A stretch of DNA of 63,569 nucleotides, the filler included, from Actinomycetota bacterium (GTDB lineage: Bacteria; Actinomycetota; CADDZG01; JAHWKV01; JAOPZY01), in assembly GCA_025963875.1 (NCBI GenBank). It is 5 parts of 5 records of this genome, joined end to end, with 100 filler letters (N's around TTAATTAATTAA, not from the genome) between each part and the next. Parts side by side here need not be neighbours in the genome. Positions count along the whole stretch, not along the records: positions 40,493 to 55,105 come from JAOPZY010000025.1; positions 55,206 to 59,261 come from JAOPZY010000092.1; 3 more parts are not named here. One strand, given 5' to 3'. Positions 45,449 through 55,564 of the stretch are shown here, piece by piece (positions within the stretch are counted from its first letter, which is position 1; each line of letters starts with the position of its first letter). Made by a program: the position numbers and the translations under genes. A model generated the notes under the pieces. That model was not told the DNA's origin. It worked only from the letters and a program-made list of their open reading frames with translations, and made no database searches.

Positions 45449-46576
45449 ATGCAAGAGATCTCCCTGGCGGAGCTGCGCCGCCGCCTCGTGTCGGCCCAGG
45501 GCTACGCTTCACGTTTCCGCCGGGGAGGACCCGCCGACGTCGTGGCCGCGGTGCAGCGCCTCGGCGCCGTACAGCTGGACTCGATCTCGACGGTCGAGCG
45601 CAGCCACCGGCTCGCCCTGTCGTCCCGGGTGGGGTGGTACCCGCCGGGGACCGTGTCGAGGCTGCTCGGGACGCAGAGGCTCTTCGAGTACTGGGCGCAC
45701 GAGGCCTGCCTGCTGCCGATCGAGGACTACCCGTGGCACCGGTGGCGGATGCGGGAGTTCCAGGGCCATGCCTGGCGGACGCGGATCCTCGAGGAGAACC
45801 CCGGCCTGGTGAAGCGTGTGCTGGAGGAGGTCCGGGATCGTGGCCCGCTCGGGTCGCGCGACTTCGACGGTGTGGGACCGGGCGGTCCGGGCGGGGGGAT
45901 GTGGAACTGGAAGCCCGCCAAGCGGGCGCTGGAGGCGCTCTTCGCAACCGGCGAACTGGCCATCGCCGGCCGGGACGGGTTCCAGCGGATCTACGCCCTG
46001 CCGGAGCAGGTGATCCCGGATGACCTCCTCGGCCGGCCCCTGCCGTCGCGCGACGAGTTCGTCCGGTGGGCCACGGTGCGGGGCGTGACCGCCCGCGGAG
46101 CGCTCACGGACAAGGCCGTGGCGGAGATGTGGCGGCTGCAGCAGGGCGTCGCCGGCGTCCGCCCGCATGCCGATGCCCTGGTGGCCGACGGCCTGCTGGA
46201 GCGGGTCGCCGTGGAAGGCGGCGGGCCGCCGGTGCTCGTCCCAGCCGGCATCGAGCCCGGCGACCCCGCTCCCCCGGTGCTGCTCTCGCCCTTCGACAAC
46301 CTGTTGTGGGACCGGCCGCTCCTGGTCCAGGCCTTCGGCTTCCGCCACGTCATCGAGGTCTACAAGCGGGAGCCCGAACGGGTCTACGGCTACTACGTCC
46401 TTCCGCTGCTGTGGCGGGACCGCTTCGCCGGCCGGGCGGACCTGAAGTACGACCGCCCGGCCGGGACGCTGCGACTCAAGCTGTTCCATCCCGAGCCGGG
46501 GATCCGGGACAGCGGGGCGCTGCGGGCGGCCCTGGAGCGGGCCCTCCTGCGGCTAGCCCCAATACCCATAAGTTAA
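45449..46576 (+). CDS. YcaQ/AlkZ-like (HTH_42) DNA crosslink-repair glycosylase; C-terminus replaced by IS sequence
   Basis: VQLDSI (QxD motif), LFEYWAHEA, LSPFD, R.YGYYVLP, GRADLK; the stop codon lies inside the IS left end. Confidence 0.9.
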   Translation: MQEISLAELRRRLVSAQGYASRFRRGGPADVVAAVQRLGAVQLDSISTVERSHRLALSSRVGWYPPGTVSRLLGTQRLFEYWAHEACLLPIEDYPWHRWRMREFQGHAWRTRILEENPGLVKRVLEEVRDRGPLGSRDFDGVGPGGPGGGMWNWKPAKRALEALFATGELAIAGRDGFQRIYALPEQVIPDDLLGRPLPSRDEFVRWATVRGVTARGALTDKAVAEMWRLQQGVAGVRPHADALVADGLLERVAVEGGGPPVLVPAGIEPGDPAPPVLLSPFDNLLWDRPLLVQAFGFRHVIEVYKREPERVYGYYVLPLLWRDRFAGRADLKYDRPAGTLRLKLFHPEPGIRDSGALRAALERALLRLAPIPIS

Positions 46577-46603
46577 GGTTACATCTGTGTTATTCTGCCG
46601 GCC

Positions 46604-48025
46604 ATGCCACGAGCCGGGTGGGTCAAGCCGAGGGATGACCAGCGGTTGTCCGACCATGTGGCGCTCGGTGTGTTGACCCGCACATTCCCATCCGAGTTGG
46701 TGGACGCGGTGGTGTCGGACACGGGCCGCCGCCAGCGGCGCTCCCGGCTGCTGCCGGCCCGGTTGGTTGCCTATTACGTCATGGCGATGGCCCTGTTCTC
46801 TTCTTCTGGTTACGAGGAGGTCATGCGAAGCCTGGTCGAGGGCTTGTCGTGGGAGTCGGGATGGCGCCAGAGCTGGAGCGTTCCCTCCCAGCCGGCGATC
46901 TCGCTGGCCCGGGCCCGGCTCGGGGAAGCCCCGCTCGCCGAGCTGTTCGCCCGGGGCTGCGTCCCGGTTGGCACCGCCTCGACGCCCGGCGCCTTCTGGC
47001 GGGGCCGGCGGCTGGTGAGCATTGACGGAACCACCCTGGACGTGGCCGACACCCCCGAGAATGCCGCCGAGTTCGGCCGGCCTGGGTCGGGCCGGGGCTC
47101 GGGGGTGGGCGCCTTCCCGCAGATCCGAATGGTGGCGCTGGCCGAGTGCGGCACTCATTGCATGTTCGAAGCGGCCATGGGCACCTACGCCATCGGGGAG
47201 GCCACCCTGGCCCGCCAGCTTGCGGACAGGCTTCGGCCGGGCATGCTCGTGTTCGCTGACCGTGGCTTCTGCGCCCACCCCCTGTTCTCGGCCTTCGCTG
47301 CCACCGGCGCCGATCTGTGCTGGCGGGCCAAGGCCAATGCGGTGCTGCCGGTGCTCGCCCGCCATCCCGACGGCTCGTACGCCTCCGAGCTGGTGGCCAG
47401 CGACGACAAGCGTGCCCGCCAGCGGGTCACCCCGGTGCGCGTCGTGGAGTACGAGATCGCCGACCCGGGACGCCCGCAGGCAGAGACCACCCGCTACCGC
47501 CTCGTCACCACCATCCTCGACCCCGACGAGGCACCCGCCGACGAGCTGGCGGCGCTGTATGCGCAGCGCTGGGAGATCGAGTCGGCCCTCGACGAGCTGA
47601 AGAGCCACCAGCGCGGACCACGCGTGGTGCTGCGCTCCAAGGCGCCGGAGGGGGTGCGCCAGGAAGTCTGGGGTTTGCTGTGCACCCACTACGCCATCCG
47701 GGCGCTCATGGCCACGGCCGCCGGCGGCGGCGGGGTCGACCCCGACCGCATCTCGTTCACGGCCACGCTGCACGCAGCCCGGCGCAGCGTCCGTGCCGGG
47801 GTCGGTACCACCACCTCCGCCCTCGCACTGGCACTGGAGGCCACCGTCGCCGAGATCTGCCGGCACCTCGTCCCAAAGCGTCGCCTGCGTGCGGCAGCCC
47901 GGGTGGTCAAGCGCAAGATGTCGAACTACAAGGTCAAGCGAGCCGAGCACCGCAGCTGGCCCCAGCCCACCCGCACCCCCTCTCAGGCGGTGCGGGTCCT
48001 GCGTCCCGGGGTTGCGCTCACATGA
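46604..48025 (+). CDS. IS4-family DDE transposase
   Basis: SIDGT, FADRGF, LYAQRWEIESALDELK (YREK signature). Confidence 0.96.
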   Translation: MPRAGWVKPRDDQRLSDHVALGVLTRTFPSELVDAVVSDTGRRQRRSRLLPARLVAYYVMAMALFSSSGYEEVMRSLVEGLSWESGWRQSWSVPSQPAISLARARLGEAPLAELFARGCVPVGTASTPGAFWRGRRLVSIDGTTLDVADTPENAAEFGRPGSGRGSGVGAFPQIRMVALAECGTHCMFEAAMGTYAIGEATLARQLADRLRPGMLVFADRGFCAHPLFSAFAATGADLCWRAKANAVLPVLARHPDGSYASELVASDDKRARQRVTPVRVVEYEIADPGRPQAETTRYRLVTTILDPDEAPADELAALYAQRWEIESALDELKSHQRGPRVVLRSKAPEGVRQEVWGLLCTHYAIRALMATAAGGGGVDPDRISFTATLHAARRSVRAGVGTTTSALALALEATVAEICRHLVPKRRLRAAARVVKRKMSNYKVKRAEHRSWPQPTRTPSQAVRVLRPGVALT

Positions 48026-48360
48026 CGACCAGTCGGCCTTCGGCCTGGGCGGTGCTGGAGCAGGCCCTCCTGCAGCGAAGGCCCGTCGCCGTCCGCTACC
48101 AGGGCAGGGAGCGCATCCTGTGCCCGCATGTCCTCGGCTACAAGAACGGACGGCCCAGGGTCCTGGCCTACCAGACTGGCGGAGCCACGAGCCAGGGTCG
48201 CCTCCCGGACGATCCCCGGCAGCGCTGGCGATCCATGTTCGTCGATGAGGTCGAAGACCCGGTGCTCAAAGATGGCCCTTGGCAGAGCGCGCCCAACTAC
48301 TCGCCCAGCACCAGCGGCATCGATGAGGTGGAGATCGCCATTGACCAGCCAGAGAATTGA
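48022..48360 (+). CDS. stand-alone WYL-like domain protein (IS passenger, 112 aa)
   Basis: ALLQRRPVAVRY..RERILCPHVLG...VLAYQ...WRSMFVDEV matches the WYL pattern; ATGA overlap with transposase stop. Confidence 0.75.
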   Translation: MTTSRPSAWAVLEQALLQRRPVAVRYQGRERILCPHVLGYKNGRPRVLAYQTGGATSQGRLPDDPRQRWRSMFVDEVEDPVLKDGPWQSAPNYSPSTSGIDEVEIAIDQPEN

Positions 48361-48466
48361 TCAACAGGCACCCTCGGAGCCATCAGAACTCTTCTCGCGG
48401 GACTATAACTTATGGGTATTGGGCCTAGACCGGCCTGATCAGGCGCTGGTCGGGGGGCTGAGAGAA

Positions 48467-48515
48467 GTAGATTCCGTCAAAAAGGGCCGCCAGCAACCCT
48501 TTTGACGGAATCTAC
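48467..48515. repeat. palindromic element, family C copy 2
   Basis: GTAGATTCCGTCAAAAAGGG-N10-CCCTTTTGACGGAATCTAC. Confidence 0.88.
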
Positions 48516-48530
48516 AGGTCATGACGCGGC

Positions 48531-49534
<1,004 letters not shown>

Positions 49535-49538
<4 letters not shown>

Positions 49539-50512
49539 CTCACGTCGGACGGGCGCAGGTGGATGCACGCCGCTTGCCGCCCGGCGCCGGCGGGCCACAA
49601 CGGGGGGTCCAGCCGCTCGCACTCCGCAACGGCAACCGGGCACAGCGGGCGGAAGGAGCAGCCTGCAGGAAGGCGCTGCGGATCGGGGGGATCGCCCGCA
49701 AGGCCCCCGGGCTTCCCGCGTGCCGTCTCGTCGCCGATCCTGGGGTAGGCAGCGACGAGCGCCGCCGTATAGGGGTGCCGGGGGGCGGCGAACACCTCGG
49801 CCGCCGGACCCTCCTCGACGATCCGTCCTGCGTACATCACGGCCACCCGGTCGCAGGTCGACGTGAGGACCGAGAGGTCGTGGCTGATCAGGACGAGGCC
49901 GATCCCCTGCCCCGTGACGAGCCGGTCGACGAGCCGGAGGATCTGGGCCTGGACCATGACGTCGAGGGCACTGGTCGGCTCGTCGGCGACCACGAGCCGC
50001 GGCGAGCACGCAAGCGCCATGGCGATCATCACCCGCTGGCGCTGCCCGCCGGAAAGCTGGTGGGGGTAGGCATGCGCCGTGGAGGCCGCCAGCCCCACGT
50101 CCTCGAACAGGCGGGAAACTCTGGCGCGGGCTTCGGCCTGCTCGACCTCCTCGTGCAGCAGGATCGGCTCGAGGACCTGGGAGCCCACCTGGCGGACCGG
50201 GTTGAGCGAGTGCATCGCCCCCTGGAACACGATCGACGCCTCCGACCACCGGACGGCCCGGAGCCGGCCCCACCCCATCGTCAGGATGTCCTCGCCCTCG
50301 AAGCAGATGCGGCCGGTCGCCCGCGCTCCTCGGGGGAGCAGCCGCAGAAGACTGAGCGCAAGCGTCGATTTGCCGCATCCCGATTCGCCGGCGATGCCGA
50401 CCTTCTGACCCGCCTCGATGGTCAGGTCGATACCGCGGAGCGCCGGCACCTCTCCGGAGGCGCTCCGGTAGGTGACCCGGAGATCGGCGATCTCGAGCAG
50501 GGCGGGGGTCAT
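49535..50512 (-). CDS. peptide ABC transporter ATP-binding protein (OppD/DppD-like)
   Basis: GESGCGKS, YPHQLSGGQRQR, ADEPTSALD, HPYT. Confidence 0.94.
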
Positions 50513-51369
50513 CCCTTCCCTTCGAGCCGGGGATTGAGCGTCGCCTCCAGCGCCCGGCCGCACAGCGTGAAGGCAAGCGCCACCGCCACGATCGCCAGGC
50601 CCGGCGGCAGTAGGATCCACCAGTCTCCGGCGCTCACGGCGCCCACCTGCTGGGCGAGCTGCAGGGTCGTGCCCCACGACACCTTTGTGGGGTCGCTGAG
50701 GCCGAGGAAGGCGAGGGTCGCCTCCATGAGGATGGCCGCCGAGACCGACAGGGTCGTCTGGGCAAGGATCAGGGGCGTGAGGTTCGGCAGGACGTGGCGG
50801 CGCATGACATGCCAGTCGCCCGCTCCGAGGGCCTTCGCCCGCTCGACGTAGGGCCTGGCCTCCAACGTGAGGGTCTGTGCCCGCACGAGCCGGGCGGTGC
50901 CGGGCCACGCGGTCAGGCCGATGGCGATGATCACCGTCACGATGCCACGGTGCATCACGCTCGCAAGCGCCGCGGCGAGCACGAGGGTCGGGAGCACGAG
51001 GAACCAGTCGGTGACGCGCATGAGCAGCGTGGAGACCCAGCCCCGGAAATGTCCCGCCACGATGCCGGTGAGCGAGCCGATGCCGACGGACATCATGGTG
51101 GCCAGCAGGCCGACGGCGAGGGAGATCCGGGCGCCCCAGAGCGTGACCGCCAGCATCGAACGGCCGTAGGCGTCGGTCCCGAGCAGGAAATGTGACGACG
51201 GGGGCTGGCGCGGGGCGCCGGGAGCATAGACGGCGCTCAGGTCCCTGGCAGTCACGAAGAGTGGGGCACCGACCGCCAGCGCGACGAAGAGGAGCAGCGC
51301 GGCGAGGCCCACCACGCCCGCCCGGTGGTTGCGGTACTCGCGCAGGGAGCGGGCGAGCGAGCCGCTCAT
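50509..51369 (-). CDS. peptide ABC transporter permease (OppC-like)
   Basis: LGTDAYGR, GARISL, YVERAKALGA, HVLPN. Confidence 0.93.
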   Translation of the reverse strand: MSGSLARSLREYRNHRAGVVGLAALLLFVALAVGAPLFVTARDLSAVYAPGAPRQPPSSHFLLGTDAYGRSMLAVTLWGARISLAVGLLATMMSVGIGSLTGIVAGHFRGWVSTLLMRVTDWFLVLPTLVLAAALASVMHRGIVTVIIAIGLTAWPGTARLVRAQTLTLEARPYVERAKALGAGDWHVMRRHVLPNLTPLILAQTTLSVSAAILMEATLAFLGLSDPTKVSWGTTLQLAQQVGAVSAGDWWILLPPGLAIVAVALAFTLCGRALEATLNPRLEGKG

Positions 51370-52397
51370 CCGGTCCGGACCCTGGGGTCCAGCAGCGGGC
51401 AGAGCAGCTCGGCCAGCAGGTTCATGACGATCACCGAGGCCGAGAAGAAGAGGAAGAGCCCTTGGAGCAGCGGCAGATCGGGGACGGTCAGGGCCTGGTA
51501 GAAGAGCGAACCGAGGCCTGGCCACGAGAACACGGCTTCGACGAGGACCGCACCGGACACCACGGTGCCCAGCTGCAGGAAGACCAGGGTCACCGTGGGA
51601 AGGAGGGCGTTCGGGACGGCGTGCCTGCGGAGGACCTCGGTGTCGCGCAGGCCCTTCGCCCGAGCCGTGGTCAGGTAGTCCTCGCCCATCTCGTCGAGCA
51701 GGGAGGACCGCATGATGAGCAGGTACTGGGCGTAGAGGACGGCGACCAGGGTCAGGCAGGGAAGGACGAGGTGAGCCAGCCGGTCGGCCACTACGGGGAA
51801 GATGCCGGTGACGCCCGGTGCGCTGATGCCGCCGGTGGGGAAGAGCCCCGGGATCGGGCCGACGCCGACGGCGAACACGACGATGAGGATCAGCCCGAGC
51901 CAGAAGGTCGGCACCGACCACAGCGTGAGGGCGATGGCGGTGTTGGCACGGTCCGCGGCCCCGCCCCTCCTCCAGGCGGTGCGGGCGCCGAGCCACAGGC
52001 CCAGGGCAGCGGCGAGGAGGGTCGCGGTCCCCACCAGGTACACGGTGGCACCGAGGTGCTCGAGGATGAGCCGGAGGACGGGCGTCCGATACTGGAACGA
52101 GACGCCCAGGTCGCCGTGGGCGAGTCGCAGCAGGTAGTCGCCGAACTGCACGACGACTGGCTTGTCGAGGGCGAACGTGTGACGGAGTTCGGCAAGCTGG
52201 GCTGCGCTCACCGGCCGTCCCCGCGTGATCGTGCGGACGGGGTCGCCCGGAAGGATGCGGAAGATGAAGAAGCCGGTGAACGCAACAGCGAGAAGGCTGA
52301 CCAGGGAGCCCCGTATCCTTGCCGCGACGTAGCCGCGAGCCGCGGGGCGTCGGGTGGGAACCCCGTGAGCAGGCTGGCTTGCGGGCTCCGTCGCTAC
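51366..52397 (-). CDS. peptide ABC transporter permease (OppB-like), start unresolved
   Basis: IFRILPGDPV, GDLGVSF, EDYLTTARAKGL, VFSWPGLG; frame is open to 52397 but the first canonical start is 52211. Confidence 0.88.
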   Translation of the reverse strand, partial: VATEPASQPAHGVPTRRPAARGYVAARIRGSLVSLLAVAFTGFFIFRILPGDPVRTITRGRPVSAAQLAELRHTFALDKPVVVQFGDYLLRLAHGDLGVSFQYRTPVLRLILEHLGATVYLVGTATLLAAALGLWLGARTAWRRGGAADRANTAIALTLWSVPTFWLGLILIVVFAVGVGPIPGLFPTGGISAPGVTGIFPVVADRLAHLVLPCLTLVAVLYAQYLLIMRSSLLDEMGEDYLTTARAKGLRDTEVLRRHAVPNALLPTVTLVFLQLGTVVSGAVLVEAVFSWPGLGSLFYQALTVPDLPLLQGLFLFFSASVIVMNLLAELLCPLLDPRVRTG

Positions 52398-54229
52398 TCA
52401 CGCTCCTGCGCCGTCGAGCGCCGTCGGACCACCAGGAGCACCACCGCCGCCAGGACGACGGCTACCACGGCGACACCGGCAACGACGGCCCATGCGCCGA
52501 CGTGAGATGACGACGAAGCCGCCGCGCCGGGGGTCGCCGACCACCAGCTCCAGTACCCGTCCTGCCCGTCGTAGATGCCGTTGGGCTGGGGCTGCATCTG
52601 CATCGAGCCGATCACGTCATTGCGGTAGGCCTCGAGGGTGTTCGGATAGTAGAGGACGTTGACGTAGCGGTCTGTGAAGAGCTGCGCCTCCATCCTCTTG
52701 ATGAGACCCGCGCGGGCAGCGGCGTCGTACTCGGAGATCTGGGCGGCGTAGAGCTGGTCGTAGGTCGAGTCGCAGACGAAGTTATCGCCGGGGAAGCTGC
52801 CCCCCGCCGTCGCCGGGCGGGCGCCGCAGGTCTGGATCGAGAGCACGAAGTCGGGATCGGGATTGACGAGCCAGGAGTCGAAGGCGAGGTCGTAGTTCCC
52901 CGCCGTCTCGTTGTCGCCCACGGTCGCCTGGTCGACGATCGAGGCCGAGACGTTGATCCCGATGGCGTCGAGCCACTCCTTGACGAACGTGGCGTTCTGC
53001 GCGTCCTCCGCCCGCTGGGTCTCGCCGTAGAGGCGCAGGGTGAAGGGCTTGCCGTCGGGGGTCGTGCGCCTGCCGTCCGGCCCTTTGCGATAGCCCGCCT
53101 GGTCGAGGAGCTGGCTGGCCTTCGCCGGGTCGGAGCCGACCGTCTCGGTGGCCGGCGGGCTCCAGGTGTAGGTCGAGAAGATGGGCGGGATGTAGCCCTG
53201 ACCCACGACCCCGAAGCCGCCGAGCGTCTTGTTCACGAGCGCGGGCTTGTCGATGGCCTCCATGATGGCCTGGCGCACCAGCGGGTCCTTCAGAGCGGGG
53301 TTGCCGTCGCCGAATGGCTTGCCGTTCGTCGTGGTGGCGCCGGGGTTGATCGCCAGCGCGTAGAAGCGCTTCCCGTCGCCGTTGTTGAGCGTGATGTTCG
53401 CGGCCCCTTTCAGGGAGTTGAACTGCGCCGGCGTCAGGTCGCCGGCGAAGTCGACCTCCCCCTTCTTGAGGGCCTGCACTTCGGCATCCTGGTTCGCATA
53501 GTGCTTGAAGATCAACTGGTCGAACTTCGGCCGGCCCCTCCAGTAGCCGGGGTTGGCGTCGAGCTGGATGTACTGGTCCTTGCGGTAGGCGGAGAGGATG
53601 AACGGTCCGTCGCCCACGATCGGGAAGGTCGCGTCGTTGCTGAACGTGCCGATGTCGGAGACGTGGGACTCCCACACGTGCTGGGGGGCGACGGGGATGT
53701 CGAGGGCGAGCATCGTCGCTTGCGGCTTGCCGAGCACGACGACCAGGGTCGAGTCGTCGGGCGCCGTCACCGATTTGAAATTGGCCACGAAGTTGCCGTT
53801 GGCCGTGGCAGCGTCCTTGTTGGTCATCATCAGGTTGTAGGTCCAGGCGATGTCCCTGGCGGTGACGGGAACGCCGTCCGACCACTTCATCCCGGACCGG
53901 ATCGCGTAGGTCCAGGTGAGCTTGTCGGGCGAGGGAGACCAGGACGTGGCCATCGCCGGCACGGCGTGGTCGTCCTTCGGGTCGTAGTTCGTGAGGAAGT
54001 CATAGACGAGCCGGTGGACCTCGGTCGGGAGGACCCGCTGCGCCAGAAAGGGGCTCAGGGAGTCGACGCTCCCATTCGTGGCGACGGTCAGGACCTTCTT
54101 CGGCGCAGCGGCGGCGGGCTTCCCGAAGGGCGCCGGGGCAAGCAGGAAGGCCGCGAGCAGGAGGGCGATCGCCAGGGCGGGCAGCCGGGACGTGGGCCTG
54201 CCTTCAGCGATGTGCCCGGTCCCCTCCAT
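52394..54229 (-). CDS. peptide ABC transporter substrate-binding protein with C-terminal TM anchor
   Basis: signal peptide, KWSDGVPVTA.D, GDGPF, VRQAI..AIDK, C-terminal TM followed by RRRSTA.ERE. Confidence 0.93.
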   Translation of the reverse strand: MEGTGHIAEGRPTSRLPALAIALLLAAFLLAPAPFGKPAAAAPKKVLTVATNGSVDSLSPFLAQRVLPTEVHRLVYDFLTNYDPKDDHAVPAMATSWSPSPDKLTWTYAIRSGMKWSDGVPVTARDIAWTYNLMMTNKDAATANGNFVANFKSVTAPDDSTLVVVLGKPQATMLALDIPVAPQHVWESHVSDIGTFSNDATFPIVGDGPFILSAYRKDQYIQLDANPGYWRGRPKFDQLIFKHYANQDAEVQALKKGEVDFAGDLTPAQFNSLKGAANITLNNGDGKRFYALAINPGATTTNGKPFGDGNPALKDPLVRQAIMEAIDKPALVNKTLGGFGVVGQGYIPPIFSTYTWSPPATETVGSDPAKASQLLDQAGYRKGPDGRRTTPDGKPFTLRLYGETQRAEDAQNATFVKEWLDAIGINVSASIVDQATVGDNETAGNYDLAFDSWLVNPDPDFVLSIQTCGARPATAGGSFPGDNFVCDSTYDQLYAAQISEYDAAARAGLIKRMEAQLFTDRYVNVLYYPNTLEAYRNDVIGSMQMQPQPNGIYDGQDGYWSWWSATPGAAASSSSHVGAWAVVAGVAVVAVVLAAVVLLVVRRRSTAQERE

Positions 54230-54392
54230 CGACGGGCAACCCTAGCAAGGTTTGCTCCGGGGTGGAAGCACGCCGGGTGGTGGTTCGGCCCGGGCCCGGC
54301 CGAAGAAAGGAGCAGATCGCGCGAATGCGCGCGGTGGGGCCCTAACCTTCTCCTACAGCTCCTGGCCGGCGCAGATCTGGCGCCGCCTCGTC

Positions 54393-55049
54393 TCAGGCAA
54401 CGAGCGAAGCCGCAGGAGTGGTCACTGCCCTGATCAGCAGGTCAACCAGCTCGCCGTCCAATTGGGAGCCTGCGACCCGGTCCAACTCACGGAAGGCTTG
54501 GGACGTGCAACATCCTTCCCGGTAGGGACGTTGTGAGACAAGGGCGTCGTAGGTGTCCGCCACGGCGACGGCCCGCGTCATCCAGGGGAGGTCGGCCGCT
54601 CCCAACCCTGCGGGGTATCCGCGCCCGTCAAAGCGCTCGTGATGGTGACGGACCGCATGGGCCACGTCGGAGGAGACGAACGGCCCGACCATCCAGCCTC
54701 CCGCGGCTGCATGATCGCGCAGCACCCCAGCTTCTTCCTCCGTCAACGCCGTTGGCTTGTCGAGCAGTGCCGTTGGGATCGAGATCTTGCCGACATCGTG
54801 CAGAAGGCCCGCAAGGAAGGCGGCGGAGTGCTCTCGTGCCGGCAGGCCCTGGTTGGCTGCCATGGCAACCACAAGGTGCGCGACCCGGATGGAGTGATGC
54901 AGCGTACTCGGATCATGCTCTCCGAGGAGGGCCGTGAGCCGCTCGACGACGCTGCTTCCGGCGGAGGTGACACAGGGACGAGGTTGGCCGACCAGTGTGA
55001 GGCGGACCTGCGCCGGGGCCGCGCCGTTCACGCTACCTTCTCCTCCCAA
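54393..55049 (-). CDS. HD-GYP domain phosphodiesterase (start uncertain, near gap)
   Basis: HS.RVA, LLHDVGK, HHERFDGRGYP, VADTYDAL...RPY. Confidence 0.88.
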   Translation of the reverse strand: MGGEGSVNGAAPAQVRLTLVGQPRPCVTSAGSSVVERLTALLGEHDPSTLHHSIRVAHLVVAMAANQGLPAREHSAAFLAGLLHDVGKISIPTALLDKPTALTEEEAGVLRDHAAAGGWMVGPFVSSDVAHAVRHHHERFDGRGYPAGLGAADLPWMTRAVAVADTYDALVSQRPYREGCCTSQAFRELDRVAGSQLDGELVDLLIRAVTTPAASLVA

Positions 55050-55105
55050 CCACTTGCTTCCTGCGTTGCCGCCAACATCTCCTCCGGCCCCACGAACCGG
55101 TGGCC

Positions 55106-55205
55106 NNNNNNNNNNNNNNNNNNNNNNNNNNNNNNNNNNNNNNNNNNNNTTAATTAATTAANNNNNNNNNNNNNNNNNNNNNNNNNNNNNNNNNNNNNNN
55201 NNNNN
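55106..55205. other. artificial contig-join spacer
   Basis: N-run with TTAATTAATTAA. Confidence 0.97.
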
Positions 55206-55206
55206 C

Positions 55207-55533
55207 GTCTGGACTTCCATCGCCCTGCACACCACGCCGGGCGTCCCGCAGTTCATGGAACCCGAGGTTGCCCTCGTGAGCGCGGGCGTGGAGTGCGACG
55301 TGCTGGGAATCGGCTACCACGACATCAGCGACGCCGACCGCGCGGCGATTACCGCGCTGCACCCACGCCCGGACTTCAAGCGCCGCATCATCGAGGCCTT
55401 CACCGAAGGCATGGCCCCCAGGCCCGAGACCACCTTCGGCACCATGAATGCGGACGTCCTCGAACGTTTCGTGCCCGGCTTCAAGCGCGGCAACTTCGTG
55501 GATATCATCGAGAACTCTGCCTGGCCGGAGTAG
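55207..55533 (+). CDS. HD-domain hydrolase, C-terminal part (5' truncated by gap)
   Basis: VWTSIALHTTPG...DVLG...HPRPDFK...TTFG. Confidence 0.8.
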   Translation, partial: VWTSIALHTTPGVPQFMEPEVALVSAGVECDVLGIGYHDISDADRAAITALHPRPDFKRRIIEAFTEGMAPRPETTFGTMNADVLERFVPGFKRGNFVDIIENSAWPE

Positions 55534-55564
55534 GGCCCGCGAACTGCGCTGTCCTACGAGGTCG

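Larger units (their letters stand above)
46560..48421 (+). mobile_element. IS4-family insertion sequence with passenger gene
   Basis: 16-bp perfect terminal IRs CAATACCCATAAGTTA / TAACTTATGGGTATTG (extendable by 2 bp), CTAG 3 bp outside each end, enclosing a transposase and a second ORF. Confidence 0.93.
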
